Part shown: positions 49,801 to 61,800 of the stretch, piece after piece
Numbering within the stretch: the stretch's first letter is position 1
Layout of the letters: the number at the start of each line of letters is the position of its first letter
Source: Malacoraja senta
Taxonomy: Eukaryota
NCBI GenBank assembly: GCA_038087875.1
Contig: CM075981.1
Location: forward strand, 1,488,001 to 1,552,000
Direction: 5' to 3'
Length of the DNA: 64,000 bases
Translations under genes and position numbers: made by a program
Notes under the pieces: model-generated
The model's database searches: none
Seen by the model: the letters and a program-made list of their open reading frames with translations, nothing else
Told to the model about the DNA's origin: nothing

Positions 49801-52800
49801 AAAAATATTCCTTGCTCAGATACCCTCCAAATATTCTACTCCTTAACCCAACCCTATGTTCTCCACTTCTACACACATCTGCTGTGCTGATTTCCCACAA
49901 AGTACCCTATCTATGTTCCTCATAGCTTTACACACCTGTAATAGGTTCCCCCTTCTTTTCCTGTGTGGATTAATATATCCGACTATCCAGCCTCTCCTTC
50001 GAACTGTAATGTTTCATCCCAGGCACTACCCCTCGCATGAAATCACCTCCTTTATTTTAATTTAGAAATCCAGCGTGGAAGCAGCTGTCTTTAACCTGTG
50101 CACTAATTCTATCCTACTCACTAGGGACAATTTACAGAAGGCAATTAACCTAAAAACCTGCACGTCTTTAGAATATGGGAGAAAACCGCAGCACTTGAAT
50201 AAAACCCACGCGGTCACATGGAGAACATAAACACTCCGTGCAGACAGTACCCGTAGTCAGGATTGAACTCGGGTCTCCTGCGCTGTAAGGCAGCAACTCA
50301 ACTGGTGGGCCACTGTGCCGCCCTAATGTAGGCAACCTGAGTTGGAACCAGCACTACAGCTTATCACGATAACATCTCCCATTTGCTGCAAATTACACTG
50401 AAGAAACATTGCCCTGTCAATTAAACCTATAAACTCCTTATATCGGACAAACATGCTCGCTTGTTCAACTGCAAGTGAAAAGCAGTGAAACTGATTTTTA
50501 TTTCCTTGTTCCAACAGGACTTGAATATTCTTGTGAAACTTCGAAAAGAACCAATTATTCTTCAAGGTAAACTACTCTGTTTCCATGTACTAATTGCTGG
50601 TGTTTTGATTGGGATTGCTTCAATTTGCAGAACGTTGTGTCTTCCGTTTACTGGCATTAAAGGCCCTTGGGAGTATTGATCTGAATGCACAGTGACACTG
50701 CCAGTGGAACCACAGCCTCACAATGCCAAGAACCTGAACTTAGGCGCCGTCTATGTGTGTTCTGCAAATTTCGCCTTTCATTGTGTTGGAAGGAACTGCA
50801 GATGCTGGATTAAACTGAATATAGGCACAAAAAACTGAGTATATCGGCGGGTCTGACAGCACCTTTGGAGAAAAGGCATAGGTGACGTTTCGGGTTGAGT
50901 CCCTTCTTCAGAGTGAGAGGCAGGGGAAAGGGAAACGAGAGCGATATCGACGGTGATATAGAAAGGTATAAAACATTGAATGAAAGATATGCGACAAAAG
51001 TAACTATGATGAATGAAACGATCCATTGTTAGCTGTGCGCTCGGTGAAAACGAGTTGTACGGACAATGAGACACTACAAGACAGTCAAATTCGTACAATG
51101 ACTAGGGTGGGGGAGGGACGGGGAGAGAGGGGATGCAAGGGTTATTTGAAGTTATAGAAATCAATATTAATATCGCTTGGCTGTAAGATGCCCAAGCGAA
51201 ATATATGGCACTGTTCCTCCAATTTCCATTTGGCCTCACTCTGGCAATGGAGAAAGCACAGAATAGAACGGTCAGTGTGGGAATGGGAGGGGGAGTTAAA
51301 GTGTTTAGCAACTGGAAGATCATATAGTCCCAGGCGGATTGAGCGTATGTGTTCAATGAAACGATTGTCCAGTCAACGTTTGGTCTTGCTGATGTATAAG
51401 AGTCCACGCCTGATACAATAGATGAGGTTCGAGGCGGTTCAAATGAACTCTGCCGAACCTCAAATGACTGTTGAGTTCCTTGGACAGAGTCGAGGGGGGA
51501 GTTATAGGGACAGATGTTGCATTTCCTGCAGTTGAACGGGAAGGAATCTGGGGAGAGGTTTGTTTGGATGGGAAAGGATGAGATAACCAGGGAGGTATAG
51601 GTCATAAGGTCATAAGGGATAGGAGTAGAATTGGGCATTCAACAGGATTGCACAGGGAACGGATTCCTGCACTCCACCTGGCACTCAAATGCACTTGGAC
51701 CATCTCCAAAACCTCCCTCCGCTTTCTCGATCACACAATCTCCATCACAGGAGATAGACTATCGATGGATGTCTATTATAAACTGACTGACTCCCACAAC
51801 TATCTAGATCGCACTTCTTCTCACATGATTTGTGTAAATGTGGTTGATGGTCAGCGCAGACCTGAAGGGCCAAATGGCCTATTTCCATACTGCGTCTCTC
51901 TATGGATCCTATGAGCCCAAATATCAGGAAACATAAGCAATGCTTTTGCATGTGTTTCAAGACTGACACTGAAAGATAAATTTATCTCTTAAACATTCTT
52001 CTAAACAAGAATTTAGAAGAATGAGGGGGGACCTCATTGAGACATACATAACAGTGAAAGGCTTGGATAGAGTGAATGTGGAGAGGGTGTTTCCACCAGT
52101 GGGAGAGTCTAGGATTAGAGGAAGTAGCCTCAGAATTAGATGCTCTTTTTAGGAAGGAGATGAGAAATGTCTTCAGTTAAAGGGTGGTGAATCTGTGGAA
52201 TAATTTGCCACAGAATGATGTGGAGGCCAAGTCAGTGGATACATTTAAGGCAGAGATAGATAGATTCTTCTTTAGTACGGGTGTTGGAGGTTATGAGGAA
52301 AAGGCAGGAAATGGGGTTAGGTGGGAGAGAAAAATCAGTCATGATTGTATGGCGGAGTAGACTTGATGGGCCGATTGGCCTAATTCTGCTCCTATTCCTT
52401 ATGACCTTATGACCGAATTCTATAATAATATACGTATATAATTTGCAAACCAGATATTAGCTAATTAATCAGAAGGGAAATTGCTTACATCTCATTGTGT
52501 TGTGTATATGCTTGGGTTATAAGAACAGGATCCTCCATTTGTTGCCATTCATATGCACTACGGGCTGAAAAGATGAAGTACGAGGGGAAGCTGGCCAGGA
52601 ATATAAATAAGGATAGTAAAAGCTTCTTTAGAAAATGTTAAGGGAAAAAGAGTAGCAAAATTTGATGTGGGTCCCTTGAAACCAGACATGGGTGAAATTA
52701 TTATGGGGAACAAGGAAATGACAGAGGAGTTGAACAGGTACTATGGATCTGGCGTCACTAAGGAAGACACAAACAATCTCCCAGAAGTACTGGAGGACAG

Positions 52801-55800
52801 AGGATCAAAGGGGGTAGAGGAACTGAAAGAAATTATCATTAGGCGAGAAATAGTATTGGGTGGGCTAATGGGACTGAAGGATGATAAATCCCCTGGGCCT
52901 GATGGTCTGCATACCAGGGTCCTCAGGGAGGTGGCTCTAGAAATAGTGGACGCATTGGTGATCATTTTCGAATGTTCAATAGATTCAGGATCAGTTCCTG
53001 TGGATTGGATGATAGCTAATGTTATCCCACTTTTCAAGAAAGGAGCGAGCGGGAAAACGGGGAATTACCGACCAGTTAGCCTGACTTTGGTGGTGGGAAA
53101 GATGTTGGAGTCAATCATTAAAGAGGTAATAATGGGGCATTTGGATAGCAGTAAAATGATTAGTCCAAGTCAGCATGGATTTATGAAAGGAAAATCACGC
53201 TTGACTAATCTTCTGGAATGGTTTGAGGATGTGACAAGTAAAATGGATGAAGGGCAGCCAGTGGATGTAGTGTCACTCGACTTTCAGAAAGCCTTTGATA
53301 GGTCTCGCATGGGAGACTGGTGACTAAAATTAGAGCACATGGTACTGGTAGGGTGTTGACGTGGATAGAAAATTGATTGGCAGACACGAATCAAAGCGTA
53401 GGAGTGAACGGGTCCTTTTCAGAATGGCATGCAGTGGCGAATGGAGTGCCGCAAGGCTCGGTGTTGGGGCCGCAACTGTTTACCATATATATTAATGATT
53501 TGGAAGAGGGAATTAGGAGCAACGCTAGCAAGTTTGCGGATGACACAAAGCTGGGTGGCAGTGTGAACTGTGAAGAGGATGTTAGGAGGTTGCAGGGTGA
53601 CCTGGACAGGTTGAGTGTGTGGGCAGATGCGTGGCAGATGCAGTATAATATAGATAAATGTGAGGTTATCCACTTTGGTGGCAAAAAAAAGGGGGCAGAT
53701 TATTATCTCAATGGGGTTAGGTTAGGTAAGGGGGAGGAACAGCGAGACCTGTGTGTCCTTGTACACCGGTTACTGAAAGTTGGCGTCCAGGTACAGCAGG
53801 CAGTGAAGAAAGCTAACAAGAGGATTTCAGTACAGGAGTAAAGTGGTTCTTCTGCAGTTGTATAGGGCTCTGTTAAGACCACATCTGGAGTATTGTGTAC
53901 AGTTTTGGTCTCCTAATTTGCGAAAGGACATCCTTGTGATTGAGGCAGTCCAGCGTAGGTTCACGAGATTGATCCCTGGGATGGCGGGACTGTCTTATGA
54001 GGAAAGATTGAAAAGACTAGGCTTGTATTCACTGGAGTTTAGAAGGATGAGGGGGTATCTTATAGAAACATATAAAATGCTTTTTATTTTTTAAAGACTG
54101 GACAAGCTAGATGCAGGTAAAATGTTCCCAATGTTGGGCGAGTCCAGAACCAGGGGCCACAGTCTTAGAATAAAGCGGAGGCCATTTAAGACTGAGGTGA
54201 GAAAAAACGTTTTCACCCAGTGAGTTGTGAATTTGTGGAATTTCCTGCACAGAGGACAGTGGAGGCCAAATCACTGGATGGATTTAAGAGAGAGTTAGAT
54301 AGAGCTCTAGGGGCTAGTGGAACCAAGGGATATGGGGAGAAGGCAGGCATGGGTTATTGAGTGGGGGCGTTCAGCCATGATCACAATGAATGGCGGTGCA
54401 ATGATAGGGCCGAATGGCCTCCTCCTGCACCTATTTTCTATGTTTCTATGTTTCCATGTTTCTATCTTTCTATAGGGCGTTCCCTGCGGTATTCACCATG
54501 ACTTCTCCATCACTAACCTCACCCCATGGTGTGAGATGAGTATAGTTGCCAAACACAACTACTGCTGCTTTGCCTTGCAGTGACCTGTTCTAGTGTGGTA
54601 CTGATAGGAAAATGCATAGTGAATTATGGGCTAAATCACCAACTTGCGGAGTTGGTCAAAGTCTCAATGTCAGGCATTCCAACAGCAGGAAGTGTCTCCA
54701 CCTAGAACGTGACCCTGTGTGGTAGGCACGTTAAGTCACACTGCTGACCTTGAGATGGTCATTGTGAGCTGCCTTCTGAAGATGTTCCATATTGCAGACA
54801 GCTCTAAACGAACAGTCAATGTCCAAACCAATGTTGGTGGATGTGGAGATGGAGTTGTGAATGGCATTGGGGTGAGATTTGTGGAATGAAGTGCATTGTT
54901 TTCTCTTTGGCATGGTGTTCTCTCCACCGAGGTTGGAACAGGGTTGTAGAACCGCGCTCACAACGTGGTGGTTTCAAGGATAGCTGCAAATATTTGGGTA
55001 AATCCCTCAGATACCACACCACTGCAGTACTGAGGGAGGGCAGCGTGCTAGCTGTAAGATATGAAAACTCCAATAACAGTGGCATGGTGGGACAGCGATA
55101 TAGTTGCTGCCTTATTGCCCCAGAGACTTATGTTCGATCCTGACTCCTGTTGCTGTCTGTTCGGAGTTTGTTCCTTCTCTCAGAGACCACGTGGGTGTTC
55201 TCCAGGTGTTCCAGTTTTCTCCCACATTCCAAAGACGTGCAGGTTTGTAGGTTAATTGGCTTCTGTAAATTGTCTCTAGTGTGTAGGGTAGATCTAATAT
55301 ATGGTGATTACTGGTCGACGCAGATTTGGTGGGCCGAAAGTCCTGTTTACATGCTGTATCTCTAAAATAAATTAAATTAACAACAATACAATTTATTTGT
55401 CTTTTTTGTCTTTTGGACAAATTTTTCATTTGGACCCCGTTGAGGTCCAAACGAAATGTCGTTTCTGCAGCCATACATTACAAAACGAAGAAGACCCGAG
55501 ACACAACACAATTTACACAGCGCTGTGATGGAAGGCAAAAAAACGTATCTCTCCACTGCACTCCCCCCCCCCCCCCCCCGCCCCCGCCCACCATGTCAGA
55601 GTCAAAGTCAAAGCCCCCGGCGGGCGATTATCCCGCGGCCATTAAAGCCACGCCGGTTAATGCAAGGTCGCGCACCGGGTCTTGGTGTTAGAGCCCCGGC
55701 GCGCGCTCGCAAAGTCCGGCGGCCATTCCAAGCCGTGCGGGGCGACGATGTAAAGCCCCGCTCCAGGTGCTCTTCAACCCTGCAACTCGGGCGGAAGAAG

Positions 55801-58800
55801 TCGCCGCTGCGGAAGCCCCGAAAAGCGGTCTCCCACCAGGGGACCCGCGGGCTTCCGGTGTTGCCGTCCGCCAGACCCGCGGTTGTAGCCTCCGAATCTC
55901 CGGGGGTCGGGTAGCAGCAGCGATTGTCTCCACCACAGCTCCACCCGCTCCGGACTCGGCCAGCCCCGCGACGGTGAGTAGTCCGCAGCTCCGCAACTGG
56001 AGCCCCAGGTCGTTCCTGCTGGAGGCCGCTCCACGTTGCCCAGCCCCAACGACAACGGAGACCCGACAAAGAAAAGGTCGGGTCTCCCGTGCAGGGGAAA
56101 GATTTTAAAGTCCCCCCCACCCCCACCCCCACCCTCCCACACACATACCCCGACAAAAAAAAAAAAAAAAAAACTACATAAAAACGAGACAAAAATAATA
56201 AAGAGACAGACGGACTGCAGAGGCCGCTGCAAACGAGTCGCGCCGCCCACCGTTGGATGATAAACTAAACTAAACTAAACCAAACTCAGCTGAACTAAAC
56301 TAAAGTAATCATTGCTATTAATGTGTAACAGTTCCCATGCATTGTTTGTGAAGGAGGAGGGAGGGTTCCTTAATGTTTGGGCGCAATTGCTCTTGAACCA
56401 GTTTCATGATCGTTGGTCAATGTCACCTTACTGTGAGCAGATTAGCTGCTGCGTTACTCACCGAAACAGACTCTACACCTCATCTCCTTTGCTGCATACT
56501 TCAAAAAAATCATGAAAGGTGCCATATAAATTGTTGACTTTTGTTCTTTACTGAAGGCCAAGAATCAATGATGAGCCATATCTCACCCTTCCCTATTCTC
56601 TGTCCGACAGGATCACTTACATAGTTGCGTCTGGTGTCGCTGTGCTTCTCCTGATTCTCATCATTGCCTTCTTTTGGTACCAAAAGCGTAAAACCAAGGG
56701 TGAGTTTCTGATTTCCCTTAAATAATTTCACAATACTTGTCTCAGTTCCCTCCAGAATGTCAAGAGATTTAATTCTGATCTAATCAACAAATGCCCTGCA
56801 TTAAAGTAATACAGTGTTGGAGGAAGCATGGATGATCAATAATGCTATCACGTTTGATGCTATAATGGTGACTCGGTGACAAAAACTATTCTTTTAACAT
56901 CATTGTACTTAAACTGTCTGAGTGTGAAATGGCAGAGATGCGTGAGAACTAAGAGGCTAGGTAGAAGTAAGATTTACATCGATACTCTCATCCTCTCAGC
57001 TGTTAGAATATGCTTCGTGTGATTAGCTGTTGTATTTCAAATCAGATTAAGTCTATTGTCACATGCACAAGCATGATGAAGTAGTTACAATGAAGATCAC
57101 ACCTGCAGCCTCACAGGGACATAAACAACGTACAACATACCTGCATCACACAGAGGGCGGTGGGTATATGACAGGAGCTGCCAGAGGAGGTAGTTGAGGC
57201 AGGGCAGGTCTAGCCTGGACAGGTAATCCAAGATGTGAACACCCATGAACTTGAAGCTGCCAACTATCTCCACCGCCGATGAAAATGTGAAAGTTCACTG
57301 AGCTGTTCCTCAGTCAGAGAGCATTAGTGGAAAGTAAAACAGTAAACATTTCACATCCAAGACCCATTACAACAGGGAAAGAGGGAAAAGAGGGGGGAAC
57401 CTCATTGAAAGATCAAATAGTGAAAGGCCTAGATACAGTAGATGTAGAATGGATGTAGAAGGGACTCAAATAGAGAATGCTATTAGACAGTGTGTGAGGC
57501 AGAAGGCAGAGAAGGAAAGCACTCAGACCCAACATGTAGGGGGGAAAGAAGAAAACAATAATAAAAAGAGAACAAGAGGTGGTGGGGTTCTTAAATGGGT
57601 GAGCAGAGAAACAGAGGGGTGTCAAATGCGGGCGGAAGCAATAGGTAGCAAGGTGAAAAGTAAAAGTGGCAGGCAGACAAATCCAGGGCAAAAATCAAAA
57701 AGAGCCACTTTTCAACATAATTGTATAAGGGGTAAGAGCGTTGTAAAAACAAGCCTGAAGACTTTGTGTCTCAATGCAAGGAGCATTCGTAATAAGGTGG
57801 ATGAGTTGAACATGCAGATAGCAATTAATGATTATGATATAGTTGGGATCACGGAGACATGACTCCAGGGTGACCAAGGCTGGGAGCTGAACATCCAGGG
57901 ATATTCCATATTCAGGAGGGATAGAGAGAAAGGAAAAGGAGGTGGGGTAGTGTTGCTGGTTAGAGAGGAGATTAACGCAGTGGAAAGGAAGGACATTAGC
58001 TTGGAGGATGTGGAATCGGTATGGGTAGAGCTGCGAAACACTAAGGGGCAGAAAACGCTGGTGGGTGTTGTGTACAGGCCACCTAGCAGTAGTAGTGAAG
58101 TTGGGGATGGCATCAAACAGGAAATTAGAAATGCGTGCAACAAAGGCAAAACAGTTATAATGGGGGACTTCAATCTACATATAGATTGGGTGAATCAAAT
58201 TGGCAGGGGTGCTGAGGAAGAGGATTTCTTGGAATGTATGAGGGATAGTTATCTAAACCAACATGTAGAGGAACCAACGAGAGAGCAGGCTATTCTAGAC
58301 TGGGTATTGAGTAATGAGGAAGGGTTAGTTAGCAGACTTGTTGTGCGTGCCCCCTTGGGCAAGAGTGACCATAATATGGTTGAGTTCTTCATTAGGATGG
58401 AGGGTGACATTGTTAATTCAGAAACAACGGTTCTGAACTTAAAGAAAGGTAACTTTGAGGGTATGAGACGTGAATTGGCCAAGATTGACTGGCAATTAGT
58501 TCTAAAAGGGTTGACGGTGGATATGCAATGGAAGGCATTTAAAGACCGCATGGATGAACTACAAAAATTGTTCATCCCAGTTTGGCAAAAGAATAAATCA
58601 GGGAAGGTAGTGCATCCGTGGATAACAAGGGAAATCAGGGATAGTATCAAAGCAAAAGATGATGCGTACAAATTAGCCAGAAAAAGCAGCATACCAGAGG
58701 ACTGGGAGAAATTCAGAGACCAGCAGAGGAGGACAAAGGGCTTAATTAGGAAAGGGAAAATAGATTATGAAAGGAAACTGGCAGGGAACATAAAAACTGA

Positions 58801-61800
58801 CTGCAAAAGTTTTTATAGATATGTGAAGAGAAAGAGATTAGTTAAAACAAATGTAGGTCCCTTGCAGTCAGAAACAGGTGAATTGATGATGGGGAACAAG
58901 GATATGGCGGACCAATTGAATAACTACTTTGGTTCCGTCTTCACTAAGGAAGACATAAATAATCTGCCGGAAATAGCAGGGGGCCGCGGGTCAAAGGAGA
59001 TGGAGGAACTGAGTGAAATCCAGGTTAGTCGGGAAGTGGTGTTGGGTAAATTGAATGGACTAAAGGCCGATAAATCACCAGGGCCAGATAGGCTGCATCC
59101 CAGAATACTTAAGGAAGTAGCTCCAGAAATAGTGGATGCATTAGTGCTAATTTTTCAAAACTCTTTAGATTCTGGAGTAGTTCCTGAGGATTGGAGGGTA
59201 GCAAACGTAACCCCACTTTTTAAGAAGGGAGGGAGAGAGAAAACGGGGAATTACAGACCAGTTAGTCTAACATCGGTAGTGGGGAAACTGCTAGAGTCAG
59301 TAATTAAAGATGGGATAGCAGCACATTTGGAAAGTGGTGAAATCATTGGACAAAGTCAGCATGGATTTACGAAAGGTAAATCGTGTCTGACGAATCTTAT
59401 AGAATTTTTCGAGGATGTAACTAGTAGAGTGGATAGGGGAGAACCAGTGGATGTGTTGTATCTGGACTTTCAGAAGGCTTTCGACAAGGTACCACATAAG
59501 AGATTAGGATACAAACTTAAATCACACGGTATTGGGGGTTCAGTATTGATGTGGATAGAGAACTGGCTGGAAAACAGGAAGCAAAGAGTAGGAGTAAACG
59601 GGTCCTTTTCACAATGGCAAGCAGTGACTAGTGGGGTACCGCAAGACTCAGTGCTGGGACCCCAGCTATTTACAATTTATATTAATGATCTGGACGAGGG
59701 AATTGAAAGCAACATCTCCAGGTTTGCGGATGACACTAAGCTGGGGGGCAGTGTTAGCTGTGAGGAGGATGCCAGGAGACTGCAAGGTGACTTGGATAGG
59801 CTGGGTGAGTGGGCAAATGTTTGGCAGATGCAGTATAATGTGGATAAATGTGAGGTTATCCACTTTGGTGGCAAAAACGGGAAGGCAGACTATTATCTAA
59901 ATGGTGGCCGATTAGGAAATGGGGAGATGCAGCGAGACCTGGGTGTCATGGTACACCAGTCATTGAAAGTAGTCATGCAGGTGCAGCAGGCAGTGAAGAA
60001 AGCGAATGGTATGTTGGCCTTCATAGCAAGAGGATTTGAGTATAGGAGCAGGGAGGTTCTACTGCAGTTGTACAGGGTCTTGGTGAGACCACACCTGGAG
60101 TATTGCGTACAGTTTTGGTCTCCAAATCTGAGGAAGGACATTATAGCCATAGAGGGAGTGCAGAGAATGTTCACCAGACTGATTCCTGGGATGTCAGGAC
60201 TTTCATATGAAGAAAGACTGGATAGACTTGGCTTATACTCGCTAGAATTTAGGAGATTGAGAGGGGATCTTATAGAAACGTACAAAATTCATATGGGGTT
60301 GGCCAGGCTAGATGCAGGAAGATTGTTCCCGATGTTGGGGAAGCCCAGGACAAGGGGTCACAGCTCAAGGATAAGGGGGAAATCCTTTAAGACCGAGATG
60401 AGGAAAAACGTTTTCACACAGAGAGTGGTGAATCTCTGGAACTCTCTGCCACAGAGGGTAGTTGAGGCCAGTTCATTGGCTATATTTAAGAGGGAGTTAG
60501 ATGTGGCCCTTGTGGCTAAGGGGATCAGGGGGTATGGAGAGAAGGCAGGTACGGGATACTGAGTTGGATGATCAGCCATGATCATATTGAATGGCGGTGC
60601 AGGCTCGAAGGGCCGAATGGCCTACTCCTGCACCTATTTTCTATGTTTCTATGTTTCTATTAGTGGGATAGTCTAGGACCAGAGATCATAACTTCAGAAT
60701 TAAAGGACATTCCTTTATGATGGACATGAGGAATAATTTAGTTCGTCAGAGGGTGATGAATCTGTGGAATTCTTTGCCACAGAAGGCTGTGGAGCCCGTC
60801 AATAGATATTTTAAGGCATAGATAGATTCTTGATTCGTACAGGTGCCCTGGATTATGGAGGGAAGGCAGGAGAAAGAGGTTAGGAGGGAGAGATAGATCA
60901 GCCATGGTTAAATGGCGGAGTAGATGGATGGGCTGCATAGCTTAATTCTACTCTTATCACTCATGAATTTATGAAAACCTTTTTAAGCAGATTAGGTTAG
61001 GGTGATGGACACAAAATGCTGGAGTAACTGAGCGAAACAAGCAGCATCTCTGGAGAGAAGTAATGTGTGATGTTTTAGGTCGAATCTCTTTTTCAGACTG
61101 ATGTCAGGCGAGTGGCAGTACTGAGATAAAGTATAGTCGGACACAGTAAGACTGGTCAGAGAACTTCGAGGGGGGGTGGATGGAGGGAGGGAAAGCAAGG
61201 GCTACTTGAAGTTAGAGAAGTCAATGTTCATACCGCTGGGGTGTAACCAGCCCAAGGAAATATGAGGTGCTGTTTCTCCAATTTGTGCTGGGCCTCACTC
61301 TGAGAATGGATGAGGCCCAGGACAGAATGGTTAGTGTGGGAATGGGAGTAGGAGTTAAAGTGTTGATCAACCGGGAGATCAGGTAGGTTTAGGCAGCTTC
61401 AGTGTGAGATGGGGTAGAGTACAGGGAATATGATCCATTCTGAACATTACGTACAGTAACCAAAACAACAGGGCAGATTCTTACTCCATACGTGCAAATA
61501 TACTGCAGTGCCTTTGGGGTTCTCCTAAATATAAGGTCGTGGCAACAACACGTAGATGTTTGTGTGTTGGAAGGAACTGCAGATGGTGGTTTACACTGAA
61601 GGTAAACATAAAATGCTCTAGAAATTAGCGGGTCAGGGGCGACATTTTGCCAGCAGCGCAACAGAAAATCATCAAATATAGTAGTTCTCAGCTTAGCTGG
61701 ATAAAAGAAACAGATTGAGTATGTGTGTATGTGTATATATACACACTGAACTTATTTTTCTCTCCCGTTATGTACTATGTCTACATATTCTGTTGTGCTG

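Noticed and set aside
55456-56250. Long overlapping ORFs (152-194 aa) on both strands
   Set aside because: They result from high GC content and low-complexity runs, with no recognisable domain or splice context.
57449-60562. Active autonomous LINE or host gene
   Set aside because: It has an in-frame stop, a QGS>QDS change, no ORF1 or 5' UTR, and a CR1-type tail.
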